A DNA stretch of 36,089 bases from Acholeplasmataceae bacterium (GTDB lineage Bacteria > Bacillota_I > Bacilli_A > Acholeplasmatales > Acholeplasmataceae). This document shows positions 1 to 8,206 of the stretch, one piece after another; the first letter of the stretch is position 1, and each line of letters begins with the position of its first letter. The position numbers were made by a program, and so were the translations under genes. Location of the stretch: positions 1 through 36,089 of the forward strand of contig JBLRWW010000010.1 of NCBI GenBank assembly GCA_047921055.1. Reading direction: 5' to 3'. The notes under the pieces are model-generated. The model saw only the letters and a program-made list of their open reading frames with translations. It was not told the DNA's origin and did no database searches.

Positions 1-49
1 AAAATGCTTGTTTTAGGCAGTTTTACAAATAAACTCCGTATTTAAATCA

Positions 50-123
50 TGGAGGCCTCGAACGGATTTGAACCGATGATCTGGCAGTTGCAGTGCCGTG
101 CCTTACCACTTGGCTACGAGGCC
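50..123 (-). tRNA. tRNA-Cys (anticodon GCA), CCA encoded
   Basis: Reverse complement folds as a cloverleaf with 7-bp acceptor stem GGCCTCG/CGAGGCC and D-arm AGCCAAGTGGTAAGGCA. Anticodon loop is CTGCAAC (U33, GCA, A37). T-loop is GGTTCAAATCC, followed by discriminator T and CCA. One T.T pair in the T-stem and one C.A pair at the top of the anticodon stem. Confidence 0.9.
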
Positions 124-188
124 ACCTAATCGTGCCTCATTATTATAACTTGATTAGCCTTCTAAAGTCAACAGAAAACAAGCGCTTT

Positions 189-662
189 TTAGTGGCGACC
201 AAAGTGTCTGACTTTGAGATAATCCATTAAGTCTCTTAAACCCTTATCAAGGAGTTTATAGGTCAACTCAAAATTGCCCGTATAATAGGGATCCGGAATA
301 ATCATATCGTGATGTTTTGGATTGACGCCTAACAACAAATCCACTTTATAATCTTCTTCTTTGGCATGCTCTTTGAGAAACTTAACATTTTCGTGGTCCA
401 TACCAATAATATAGTCAAATGTTTTATAATCTGAATCTTGAATTAAGGTCGAAACCATACCTTCTGATGAAATGCCATAACGATTTAAGATCTTTATGGT
501 TCCTGGATGTGGTGGATTGCCAAGTTCAAACGTACTTGTCGCACGCGACTCTACGTGAAGCTTGCCTTCAAGCCCCTCATCTTTAATCATTTTTCTAAAT
601 AATCCTTCTGCCATTGGCGAACGGCAAATATTGCCCAAACACACAAATAGTACTTTAATCAT
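189..662 (-). CDS. low-molecular-weight protein-tyrosine phosphatase (LMW-PTP / arsenate-reductase fold)
   Basis: P-loop motif CLGNICRSP near the N-terminus (VLFVCLGNICRSPMAEG) and a conserved DPYY motif near the C-terminus. Start reset to ATG at 662 (MIKVLFV), preceded by GGAGGTG. The track start at 671 is a GTG lying inside the SD. Confidence 0.85.
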   Translation of the reverse strand: MIKVLFVCLGNICRSPMAEGLFRKMIKDEGLEGKLHVESRATSTFELGNPPHPGTIKILNRYGISSEGMVSTLIQDSDYKTFDYIIGMDHENVKFLKEHAKEEDYKVDLLLGVNPKHHDMIIPDPYYTGNFELTYKLLDKGLRDLMDYLKVRHFGRH

Positions 663-733
663 GTATAGCACCTCCCTTTTGTTAATTTATTATATCATAT
701 TTTTTTAATTTGCATATCATATAACTACAATGC

Positions 734-762
734 TTGACACAAAATTAAAAGTATTTTATAAT
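734..762 (+). promoter_or_regulatory. sigma-A-type promoter of clpB (TTGACA-17-TATAAT)
   Basis: TTGACA at 734-739 and TATAAT at 757-762, with an exact 17-bp spacer. It lies 44 bp upstream of the clpB ATG. Confidence 0.6.
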
Positions 763-766
763 GTTA

Positions 767-793
767 TTGGCAGACTTAACTATAGAGTGCCAA
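767..793 (+). promoter_or_regulatory. CIRCE-like inverted repeat (putative HrcA operator) in the clpB leader
   Basis: TTGGCAGAC-N9-GAGTGCCAA compared with the CIRCE consensus TTAGCACTC-N9-GAGTGCTAA: 14/18 matches with the canonical 9-nt spacer. It sits between the -10 and the SD (AAGGAGTG 793-800). Confidence 0.5.
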
Positions 794-805
794 AGGAGTG
801 AAACT

Positions 806-2932
806 ATGAATTTCCAACACATGGATGATGTTACAAATGATCCAAAAATATTAGATAAATTTGGTCGCAACATTGTTGAGGAGGTTAAAAAAGGTAAGAT
901 TGATCCTGTCATTGGTCGTGAAGATGAAATTCGTCGAGTGATCAAGATTTTATCCCGTAAAACTAAAAACAACCCAGTCTTAATTGGTGAGCCTGGTGTT
1001 GGTAAAACAGCCATTATTGAAGGTCTTGCCAGACGTATTGTTGATAAAGATGTGCCTCTTGGTTTACAAAATAAAATTATTTATGAGCTAGACCTATCAG
1101 CCATTGTTGCTGGTGCGAAGTTTCGTGGAGAGTTTGAAGAACGCCTAAAAGCTGTTTTAAATAAGATTAAAGCCTCTCAAGGTGACATTATATTATTTAT
1201 CGATGAAATCCACACCATTATTGGTGCAGGACGTGTTGATGGTGCGCTAGATGCATCCAACATGCTCAAACCGATGCTTGCACGTGGTGAACTTCATTGT
1301 GTTGGCGCAACCACTTTAAATGAATATCAAAAATACATTGAAAAAGACCGTGCGTTAGAACGTAGGTTCCAAAAAGTCTTAATTGAAGAACCCACTGTCT
1401 CTGATACCATCAGTATTTTAAGAGGCTTAAAAGATCGTTTTGAAGCCCATCATGGCGTCCATATTTCAGACCCTGCGATTATTGCTGCTGCGAGTCTATC
1501 CAATCGTTATATTACAGACCGTTTCTTACCCGATAAGGCCATTGATTTAATCGATGAGTCTTGTGCCTCAATACGAATGGAAATTGATTCCATGCCCGTT
1601 GAACTAGATACGATCACCAGAAAACTCATGCAACTTGAAATTGAAAAGACCGCTTTAGCAAAAGAATCCGATCAAGTCTCAAAAGAAAGACTTGATGTCA
1701 TTAAAAAAGACATTCAAACGTTTAAAACTGAAGAAAAACACTTGAGAGCACAATGGCTTAAGGAAAAAGAGCATCTCAATCTTATTAAAAAGAAAAAAGA
1801 ATCCTTAGAGCTTTTAAAAAATGATTTACAAAATGCCTTTAACGATAACGATTACTCAAAAGCCGCTGAGCTTCAATACAGTAAAATACCTGGATTAGAA
1901 AAAGAGATAGAAGACATGACAAAAGAAGGCCAACAAGAGGGTCGTCTTTTAACCGAAATCGTCACTGAAGAAAGTATCGCTGATGTGGTCTCTAAGTGGA
2001 CCCATATTCCTGTGACCAAACTTATGTCTGGCGATAAGGAAAAACTTCTAAGTTTAGAAACAAAACTTAAAGAACGTGTGATCGGTCAAGATCATGCCAT
2101 TAAGTTAATATCAGATGCTATTATCCGTCAACGTGCGGGAATTAAAGATGAAAACAGACCCATTGGTTCATTCTTCTTCTTGGGTCCAACAGGTGTTGGT
2201 AAAACCGAGGTGGCACGTGCACTGGCTGAAAACTTATTTGATAGCGAACATCATATGATTAGAATTGATATGAGCGAATATATGGAGTCTCATAGCGTCT
2301 CAAGACTGATTGGTTCTCCTCCAGGGTATGTTGGATATGATGAGGGTGGTCAACTCACTGAAGCTGTTAGACGTAAACCTTATTCAATAGTATTGTTTGA
2401 TGAAATTGAAAAAGCGCACCCTGAAGTATTTAATATTTTACTTCAAATACTCGATGACGGTCGCTTAACAGACAATCAGGGACGTGTTGTAGATTTTAAA
2501 AATACAGTCATTATTTTAACATCAAATGTCGGTAGTGAGTTTTTATTAAGTAGTGATGAAGAAGCACTCAGTAAAGTGATGAAACTCATTAAAACGACAT
2601 TCAAACCAGAGTTTTTAAACCGTATTGATGAACTCATCATCTTTAACGCCTTAAACTTTAAGGTTCAAGTATTGATTGCTGAAAAAATGCTTCGTGATTT
2701 AGAAAAACGTTTAAATGACAAACATATTCATTTAAGCATTTCAGAAGATATCCAAAAATATGTGATTAAACATGGCTATCAAGAAGAGTATGGTGCTAGA
2801 CCATTAAAACGCTTCATCCAAAGACACATTGAAACATTGATTGCTGAACATATCATACGTGGTGAAATCAAACCACATGAACACTATCAACTCAATGTCA
2901 TTGATGACCAGTTATCCATTGAACAGGTATAA
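806..2932 (+). CDS. clpB: ATP-dependent chaperone ClpB, N-domain-less form (two AAA+ modules plus coiled-coil M-domain)
   Basis: Walker A motifs GEPGVGKT (NBD1) and GPTGVGKT (NBD2), a long coiled-coil middle domain, and a C-terminal D2-small domain. Protein begins MNFQHMDD, directly at the NBD1-proximal region. Start at ATG 806 after AAGGAGTG. The track start at 761 is upstream of the SD. Confidence 0.9.
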   Translation: MNFQHMDDVTNDPKILDKFGRNIVEEVKKGKIDPVIGREDEIRRVIKILSRKTKNNPVLIGEPGVGKTAIIEGLARRIVDKDVPLGLQNKIIYELDLSAIVAGAKFRGEFEERLKAVLNKIKASQGDIILFIDEIHTIIGAGRVDGALDASNMLKPMLARGELHCVGATTLNEYQKYIEKDRALERRFQKVLIEEPTVSDTISILRGLKDRFEAHHGVHISDPAIIAAASLSNRYITDRFLPDKAIDLIDESCASIRMEIDSMPVELDTITRKLMQLEIEKTALAKESDQVSKERLDVIKKDIQTFKTEEKHLRAQWLKEKEHLNLIKKKKESLELLKNDLQNAFNDNDYSKAAELQYSKIPGLEKEIEDMTKEGQQEGRLLTEIVTEESIADVVSKWTHIPVTKLMSGDKEKLLSLETKLKERVIGQDHAIKLISDAIIRQRAGIKDENRPIGSFFFLGPTGVGKTEVARALAENLFDSEHHMIRIDMSEYMESHSVSRLIGSPPGYVGYDEGGQLTEAVRRKPYSIVLFDEIEKAHPEVFNILLQILDDGRLTDNQGRVVDFKNTVIILTSNVGSEFLLSSDEEALSKVMKLIKTTFKPEFLNRIDELIIFNALNFKVQVLIAEKMLRDLEKRLNDKHIHLSISEDIQKYVIKHGYQEEYGARPLKRFIQRHIETLIAEHIIRGEIKPHEHYQLNVIDDQLSIEQV

Positions 2933-2965
2933 AAAAATAAGTCTGCGCTTGCAGACTTATTTTCA
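2931..2965. terminator. bidirectional rho-independent terminator (clpB / chrA convergent)
   Basis: Hairpin AAGTCTGC-gctt-GCAGACTT at 2939-2958, flanked by an A-run (2931-2938) and a T-run (2960-2963). Confidence 0.6.
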
Positions 2966-4051
2966 TAACATGACTGTCAATAATCCAACCAAAGCCCCAA
3001 TCAGTATTAAGTAGGTTGCATTGACTTTGAATCTAATTAATAGAAAACCACTTGCTAAAAATATACCCAAACCCAAAAGTGTTGTCAAAGATGTCAAACC
3101 AAGTTGAATTGTTACACTGAGCATCAAGGCAATCGCCGCAGCATTTAACCCATCTAGAACATATGACACGTGTCTAGAGGCACGCATTTTTTCGATAAAA
3201 CCATGGAAAAAGAAAATAATTAAAAATGCCGGTAAGAATATACCTATGGTTGCAACAATCGCGCCTGGTATGCCATAAATCAAATACCCAATAAACGTAG
3301 CTGTCGTAAAGACTGGTCCTGGCGTGAACTGTCCAATGGCGACCGCATCAACCAATTGTTGACTGGTGATTAACCCTAATCCTTGAACCAATTCAGTATT
3401 TAAAAACGCAATCAATACATAACCACTACCATATAAAATCGCGCCTATCTTTAGAAAAATAAGAAATAAGGAAAATAAGGATATCGGATCAATGACACGC
3501 GTCTTTTTTTCTGCAATCACTTTTTTATAAAAAAAAATCGCAATCACAGCAATCATTAAAAGCAGAATTTCTGTCATGCCCAAAAGCGAAAGCGTTAGGA
3601 TCACTGCCGTCACAATCACTGCTTCAATAGTCTTTAATACTGTTTTAGCCAATCGATAGACTGCTTGTAAAATAATGGCCAAGATAACTGGTAAAATCCC
3701 TTGGAAAACACCAGAGACTTCTGGTATATTGCCAAACGTTTGATAGACATAAGCAAAAGCAAGCACAATGAGTGCTGCAGGCAAAATAAAACTAAATCCT
3801 GCAAGAAAAAGCCCTTTTTTACCGCCTCTGGCATGTCCAAGTAAAATGGCCATCTCCGTTGAATTAGGTCCTGGTATTAAACTAGTAAACCCCAACATAT
3901 CAATAAATGCTTCTTTTGTTATCCATTGTCTTTTTTCAACGATTTCAGATTCCATCATGGCAACGTGTGCTGCTGGACCACCAAAAGCAAAAATGCCTAG
4001 TTTTAAAAACACTGCCATAATTTCTTTATAGACACCTTTTTTTTCAGTCAT
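2963..4051 (-). CDS. chrA: chromate-ion transporter family protein (CHR, fused two-domain ChrA)
   Basis: N-terminal FAFGGPAAHVAMME signature, 362 aa, about 10 predicted TM helices with a duplicated CHR domain. ATG at 4051. Confidence 0.8.
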   Translation of the reverse strand: MTEKKGVYKEIMAVFLKLGIFAFGGPAAHVAMMESEIVEKRQWITKEAFIDMLGFTSLIPGPNSTEMAILLGHARGGKKGLFLAGFSFILPAALIVLAFAYVYQTFGNIPEVSGVFQGILPVILAIILQAVYRLAKTVLKTIEAVIVTAVILTLSLLGMTEILLLMIAVIAIFFYKKVIAEKKTRVIDPISLFSLFLIFLKIGAILYGSGYVLIAFLNTELVQGLGLITSQQLVDAVAIGQFTPGPVFTTATFIGYLIYGIPGAIVATIGIFLPAFLIIFFFHGFIEKMRASRHVSYVLDGLNAAAIALMLSVTIQLGLTSLTTLLGLGIFLASGFLLIRFKVNATYLILIGALVGLLTVML

Positions 4052-4060
4052 ATGGATTGA

Positions 4061-4408
4061 TTACTTGTGCTTGCCTAATGGCCACACACCATCAACAGGC
4101 ACTGCAAACATAAACCCAAAGCCTGGTCCTTTGATATCAGCAAACATTAAATGAATCCGACTGACGACACGTTCTAATAACTGATCATTATCAATCACCG
4201 TAAAAATGGTTTTATTAAAAGGTTGTGCTGTTTCAAATGCATTTTTAAGTGCACCAAAAAAAGAGACGCGTTTTTCAACTTGAATCATGGCGCCAGCCAT
4301 GCCCTTGCTATCAACGATTGTGCCACCTTTAACGCCAAGCTCAACAAACGCCAACAAGATGTCTTCTAGGTATGATTCTTGATTTAATACAATAAATAAC
4401 GCCTTCAT
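4061..4408 (-). CDS. small P-II-like (GlnB-superfamily fold) protein of unknown function, co-operonic with chrA
   Basis: 115 aa. MKALFIVLNQESYLEDILLAFVELGVKGGTIVDSKGMAG aligns to the beta-alpha-beta start of P-II proteins (MKKIEAII...GVTVTEVKGFG). Stop is 9 bp before the chrA ATG. SD GAGGG. Family assignment is from memory of the fold pattern, not a search. Confidence 0.55.
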   Translation of the reverse strand: MKALFIVLNQESYLEDILLAFVELGVKGGTIVDSKGMAGAMIQVEKRVSFFGALKNAFETAQPFNKTIFTVIDNDQLLERVVSRIHLMFADIKGPGFGFMFAVPVDGVWPLGKHK

Positions 4409-4500
4409 AAGATACCCTCATTTTCCTGAAATAATAACTGTTTTATTAGTTATTTTAGCATTGATGTGCATCGTTTTTTGTGCATTTGCTTAAATTTACA

Positions 4501-4530
4501 AAAAAAACACATACACGCAAGGTGATGTGT
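4501..4530 (-). terminator. rho-independent terminator downstream of the DedA-family gene
   Basis: Hairpin ACACAT-N12-ATGTGT at 4507-4530 with an A7 run at 4501-4507 (U-tract on the minus strand). Confidence 0.5.
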
Positions 4531-4541
4531 CTCATGATTGA

Positions 4542-5243
4542 TTATGAACCGAAAATAACTTGGAGTAAATTTCTACCTAGTTCTACCAAATTAATATCAA
4601 ACAATCTTAAAAACAAAGCAAACGCAGTATATTTTACTGTACGACCTGCTGCAACAGCAAGGATGAACCATTTTCTTTTTAAGCGAATCGCACCAGCAGT
4701 ATAAATGGCCAATGTAAAAGGCAGTGGCGTACAAGAAAAAATAAACATGCCCCAATTCCCATACTTTTGCAGTTTCACATTGGATCGTTCAACATCCGCT
4801 TTATTGGCTTTATTAGCAAATATCTTTCTTAATGTCTTTGCAAACTTATAACCAATAAATGCAAACAATGTATCTGAAAACACTGCAAATGCAATGATAA
4901 ATATCACATATAACGTATCATAGGTATCGGTTAAAGAGAAAATACGCAATAACTCAATATCTAGAACAGATACAGGTAAAATCAGCAATGTAGCAACTGC
5001 TGATAGACTTAAAATGCCAACGAGTCTTCTTAAAAACGACATAATTGAAGGAATCATTGTATCAAAAATGGATGTTGGGAATAAAACAACCATCGCCGCT
5101 AAAAAGATTAAAAACATAATCAAAAGTGGTTTATATAAAGAATACTCTTTTAAGACAATGTTGCGCTCACGCGCATCAGATGTTGTCTTTACATAGTTAT
5201 ATCTTTTAGGTCGTTTTCCTAATTTAGTATGTGTTCTTTTCAT
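4542..5243 (-). CDS. DedA / TVP38-TMEM64 family membrane protein
   Basis: Polytopic protein with a YGNWGMFIFSCTPLPFTLAIYTAGAIRLK-type motif typical of the DedA/SNARE-associated family. ATG at 5243 with AAGGAAG SD. Confidence 0.7.
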   Translation of the reverse strand: MKRTHTKLGKRPKRYNYVKTTSDARERNIVLKEYSLYKPLLIMFLIFLAAMVVLFPTSIFDTMIPSIMSFLRRLVGILSLSAVATLLILPVSVLDIELLRIFSLTDTYDTLYVIFIIAFAVFSDTLFAFIGYKFAKTLRKIFANKANKADVERSNVKLQKYGNWGMFIFSCTPLPFTLAIYTAGAIRLKRKWFILAVAAGRTVKYTAFALFLRLFDINLVELGRNLLQVIFGS

Positions 5244-5271
5244 AATTCTTCCTTTTTTCTAAAAACAAAAC

Positions 5272-5685
5272 TTAAACCAATAAGAGTGTGTTTTTGTCTA
5301 AATATATTAAAATTGAAGCCAGGTATAAAAAGGTAACACTTAGTCCTGCTATAATGTTTAACCAAACACCAAAGATAGGTATATTAAAGTAAACCATAAA
5401 AACAACCACGACAGTCATCGCCTCAACCGAAATAATGAGTATCTTGTTGATGATGTGAAGATTTTCAATCATTGTTTCGTTGGTTAAACTATCCCTATGG
5501 TGTACAAATACCTTGTAGAAAAATAAAATCACTGCACCCAAAATATAGAGTGTGATGACTTGACGGATCCATGAAGGTTCGATGACCCCCATGACAATGA
5601 GAATAAAGAAGGCATACGCCGTTGGGTAAAAAAACAGTTCGTAAAGGACTGAGAAAAAACGGATCATTTTTTTGTTTATATGCAT
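5272..5685 (-). CDS. hypothetical small integral membrane protein (4 predicted TM)
   Basis: 137-aa hydrophobic ORF with ATG at 5685 and AAGGGGTG SD, 28 bp upstream of the DedA gene. No recognisable motif. Confidence 0.5.
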   Translation of the reverse strand: MHINKKMIRFFSVLYELFFYPTAYAFFILIVMGVIEPSWIRQVITLYILGAVILFFYKVFVHHRDSLTNETMIENLHIINKILIISVEAMTVVVVFMVYFNIPIFGVWLNIIAGLSVTFLYLASILIYLDKNTLLLV

Positions 5686-5724
5686 GTTTTAACACCCCTT
5701 TGTATTTTACTATCATTATAACAT

Positions 5725-5760
5725 AAAAAGCAAGCCAAAACGGCTTGCTTTATCTTATTT
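5725..5760 (-). terminator. rho-independent terminator after the APC permease gene
   Basis: Hairpin AAAGCAAGCC-aaaac-GGCTTGCTTT at 5727-5751 with flanking A/T runs. Confidence 0.6.
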
Positions 5761-5768
5761 TTTGTAAT

Positions 5769-7097
5769 TTATTTTGTTGTTTCTTTTTTAATGATAAAGG
5801 TAATCACATAGCCGATAACCAAAACACCCACACCAATCAGTGATGGTACCAAACTTTCAATTAAAGTTGAGATTAATAGCATAACCATACCTGCTATGGC
5901 TAAAATAGGTACAGCTGGATAGCCCCAAACTTTATATGCTCTTGGGTATGTTTCTATTGGCATACGTTTTCTGAATAAGAATACCGAGATAAAAATAAGT
6001 GTGTTAAAAATCAGTCCTGCAAACACAATGAATGTTAAAAGTGCATTAATATCAAACTGCAATGCAATCAAAAAGATTGACATCACACCTGAAATGATCA
6101 ATGCCAATGTCGGTGTTTTATAGGTTGGATGACTTTTCGCAAACGGTTTGAAAAACAAGCCATCTTCAGCCATTTTTTGATAGACGCGTGGGAAAACGAG
6201 AATGCTACCATTAAGTGCACCAAACACTGAGATTGCGACAGATATCATCACAACTAATGCCCCAGAATTGCCAAATAAAACAGCTGCCGCATTAAAGATA
6301 AACCATCCGTTACCTGCTGTAATTAAATCGCCATAAGCAACCAAGCGATATAGTGAAAAGATAAATAAGACATAAATCAGCGTGACACCCAAGATGGCAG
6401 CAATCAATGATTTTGGTAAATCTTTTTTCGGGTTTTTCATCTCACCTGCCACAGAGTTTAGGTTCGTCCATCCCTCATAGGCCCAAAGTGTACCCACAAC
6501 AGCAAATGAAAATGCAATTAAAATATCGAAGAAACTACGGTCAGCAAGTGTATTGGTAGATAAATCTAATGTTTGATTACCCAATACCAAGCCTAAAATA
6601 ATAATCGCAACAATTGGGACAAGCTTCGCAACCATAAAAATGATTTGTGTGATGGTGCCAACTTTAACCCCTAAGTAATTGATCACTGTCAATATGATGA
6701 TTGAAACAATCGCTACCAACCAAATCACATTCGCAAGTGATGGAAAAATATTAGATAAGACTTGACCAAATAATATCGCTAATAGTGCGATACTACCACT
6801 TGAAGATAACACTAGATTCATTATCCCTGCAATAAATGCAACATTTCTACCATAAGCTTTTTTTAAATATACATAATATCCACCATTTTCAGGAAATAGC
6901 GTGCCCAACTCAGCGTATGTCAGCCCTGAAAATAATGTAATCAATCCACCAACAAGCCAAGCCAATAATGATAACGGCAATGAATTGCCGATACGTGATA
7001 AGATTTGACCGCCTAAAAAGAAAATCCCTGAACCGATCATGATACCCGCTAGTATGGAGATACCGCCCCATATGCTAATCTCTTTTTTTAATTCCAT
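5769..7097 (-). CDS. APC-superfamily amino-acid / polyamine permease
   Basis: 12-TM protein with the GSGIF motif (GIMIGSGIFFLGG). Start reset to MELKKEIS at 7097 with AAGGGAGTG SD. The track start at 7316 would overlap the upstream gene by 128 nt. Confidence 0.85.
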   Translation of the reverse strand: MELKKEISIWGGISILAGIMIGSGIFFLGGQILSRIGNSLPLSLLAWLVGGLITLFSGLTYAELGTLFPENGGYYVYLKKAYGRNVAFIAGIMNLVLSSSGSIALLAILFGQVLSNIFPSLANVIWLVAIVSIIILTVINYLGVKVGTITQIIFMVAKLVPIVAIIILGLVLGNQTLDLSTNTLADRSFFDILIAFSFAVVGTLWAYEGWTNLNSVAGEMKNPKKDLPKSLIAAILGVTLIYVLFIFSLYRLVAYGDLITAGNGWFIFNAAAVLFGNSGALVVMISVAISVFGALNGSILVFPRVYQKMAEDGLFFKPFAKSHPTYKTPTLALIISGVMSIFLIALQFDINALLTFIVFAGLIFNTLIFISVFLFRKRMPIETYPRAYKVWGYPAVPILAIAGMVMLLISTLIESLVPSLIGVGVLVIGYVITFIIKKETTK

Positions 7098-7188
7098 TGT
7101 TTCACTCCCTTTATGGTTTTTCGAATGTATAGTATCATATTTTAATTTGAACTTAAAGATATTTGTTTCTATAAAATAAAAAAGCGCT

Positions 7189-8193
7189 CTATAGAGCGCC
7201 AATAGATCTAAAAACAACAATCGTAAAAAAGAGTGTCGCAATCGATAATATGGTTGACCAAACGACCAATTGGTTGGCAAACTTATAATCTTGACCCATC
7301 TCATATGCCATAACAACCGATGAGATGGCGACAGGTGATGCGAAAAGCGCGATTAACGCAGGGTATGCTGATGACATGTTGGGGTAATAACTATTAATTT
7401 CAAGTGCAAGGCCTAACAAAATGACAGGAATCAACACATTTCTTAATATGACACCAATCGTAATTTCTTTAAACGCCGCTTTACCACCTAAAAACTCAAA
7501 TTGTCCCCCCAAAGCAATCAAGGCTAAAGGTGATGCTGTTTGACTAATCCAAATAAGTGGTTGATAGAAAAAACTTAATTGGTTTTTAATACTAAAGACA
7601 AGTTCACCATTTTCAACAGGTATAAACGATCTTAAAAATAAGACGATAAGTCCAAAATAAACACCCATAATCAAAGGATTTTTTATAACTTTAATGAGCA
7701 GCGTCGATATTTTGATATGACCTCCGGTATCATCTTTTTGATAAATGATTAAGGCAATAATACCCAATATATTCATCACCGGTATAACAAAGGCCGCAAC
7801 CAAAGCAACCACAGAAAGTGCATTAGGACCACCAATGGCACCAGCCAGTGGAATACCTAATATAGCAAAATTTGATCGAAATAAGCTTTGAAGCAGAACG
7901 CCTTTTTGTAAATCTTGTTTGGTAATCAAAGGTACGATGAATAGTCCTATGATAAAGATCGCAACAATACCAGACACAGCATATCCGATAATTAACCAAT
8001 CAATCTCAGAAAAATTATCAATGCTATAGATGTTATAAAACAATAAGGCTGGTAAGCCAATTCTAAATATATATTTGTTTAATCCACTGAAAAAATAATC
8101 GTCGAAAAAACGAATTCTTTTTAAAAAGTAGCCAAACGCGATAACCAAAATAATGGGTGTGATTGCGTTAAATGCAAAAACAAATGTGTTCAT
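7189..8193 (-). CDS. AEC (auxin-efflux-carrier / malate-permease-like) family transporter
   Basis: 334 aa, about 10 TM, N-terminus MNTFVFAFNAITPIILVIAFGY typical of the AEC family. AAGGAAG SD. Confidence 0.8.
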   Translation of the reverse strand: MNTFVFAFNAITPIILVIAFGYFLKRIRFFDDYFFSGLNKYIFRIGLPALLFYNIYSIDNFSEIDWLIIGYAVSGIVAIFIIGLFIVPLITKQDLQKGVLLQSLFRSNFAILGIPLAGAIGGPNALSVVALVAAFVIPVMNILGIIALIIYQKDDTGGHIKISTLLIKVIKNPLIMGVYFGLIVLFLRSFIPVENGELVFSIKNQLSFFYQPLIWISQTASPLALIALGGQFEFLGGKAAFKEITIGVILRNVLIPVILLGLALEINSYYPNMSSAYPALIALFASPVAISSVVMAYEMGQDYKFANQLVVWSTILSIATLFFTIVVFRSIGAL

Positions 8194-8206
8194 AGGTTTC
8201 TTCCTT

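Noticed and set aside
50-123. Non-canonical pairs in tRNA-Cys (T.T in T-stem, C.A closing the anticodon stem) as a sign of a tRNA pseudogene
   Set aside because: The D-arm and T-loop match bacterial tRNA-Cys closely (AGCCAAGTGGTAAGGCA ... GGTTCAAATCC), the acceptor stem is perfect, and CCA is encoded. Isolated mismatches are common in tRNA-Cys.
761-805. Track start of clpB at 761 ([15 protein letters not shown]...)
   Set aside because: Non-ATG start lying inside the promoter/CIRCE-like region and upstream of the SD. ATG 806 follows AAGGAGTG.
745-1014. 89-aa antisense ORF across the clpB promoter and 5' coding region
   Set aside because: Entirely antisense to a well-supported gene, no SD, biased low-complexity translation.
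806-2932. Possibility that clpB is a 5'-truncated pseudogene because the ClpB N-domain is missing
   Set aside because: Promoter, CIRCE-like element and SD are positioned exactly for the short form. The rest of the protein is intact. Short N-domain-less ClpB is the normal form in mollicute-type genomes.
3634-4031. Small ORFs on both strands inside chrA (3634..3840 minus, 3768..4031 plus)
   Set aside because: Nested within and out of frame with, or antisense to, a convincing 10-TM transporter gene.
7098-7316. N-terminal 73-aa extension of the APC permease ORF given in the track (start 7316)
   Set aside because: It would overlap the 3' end of the AEC transporter gene by 128 nt, has no SD, and its residues are not permease-like. 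The internal ATG at 7097 has a perfect AAGGGAGTG SD.
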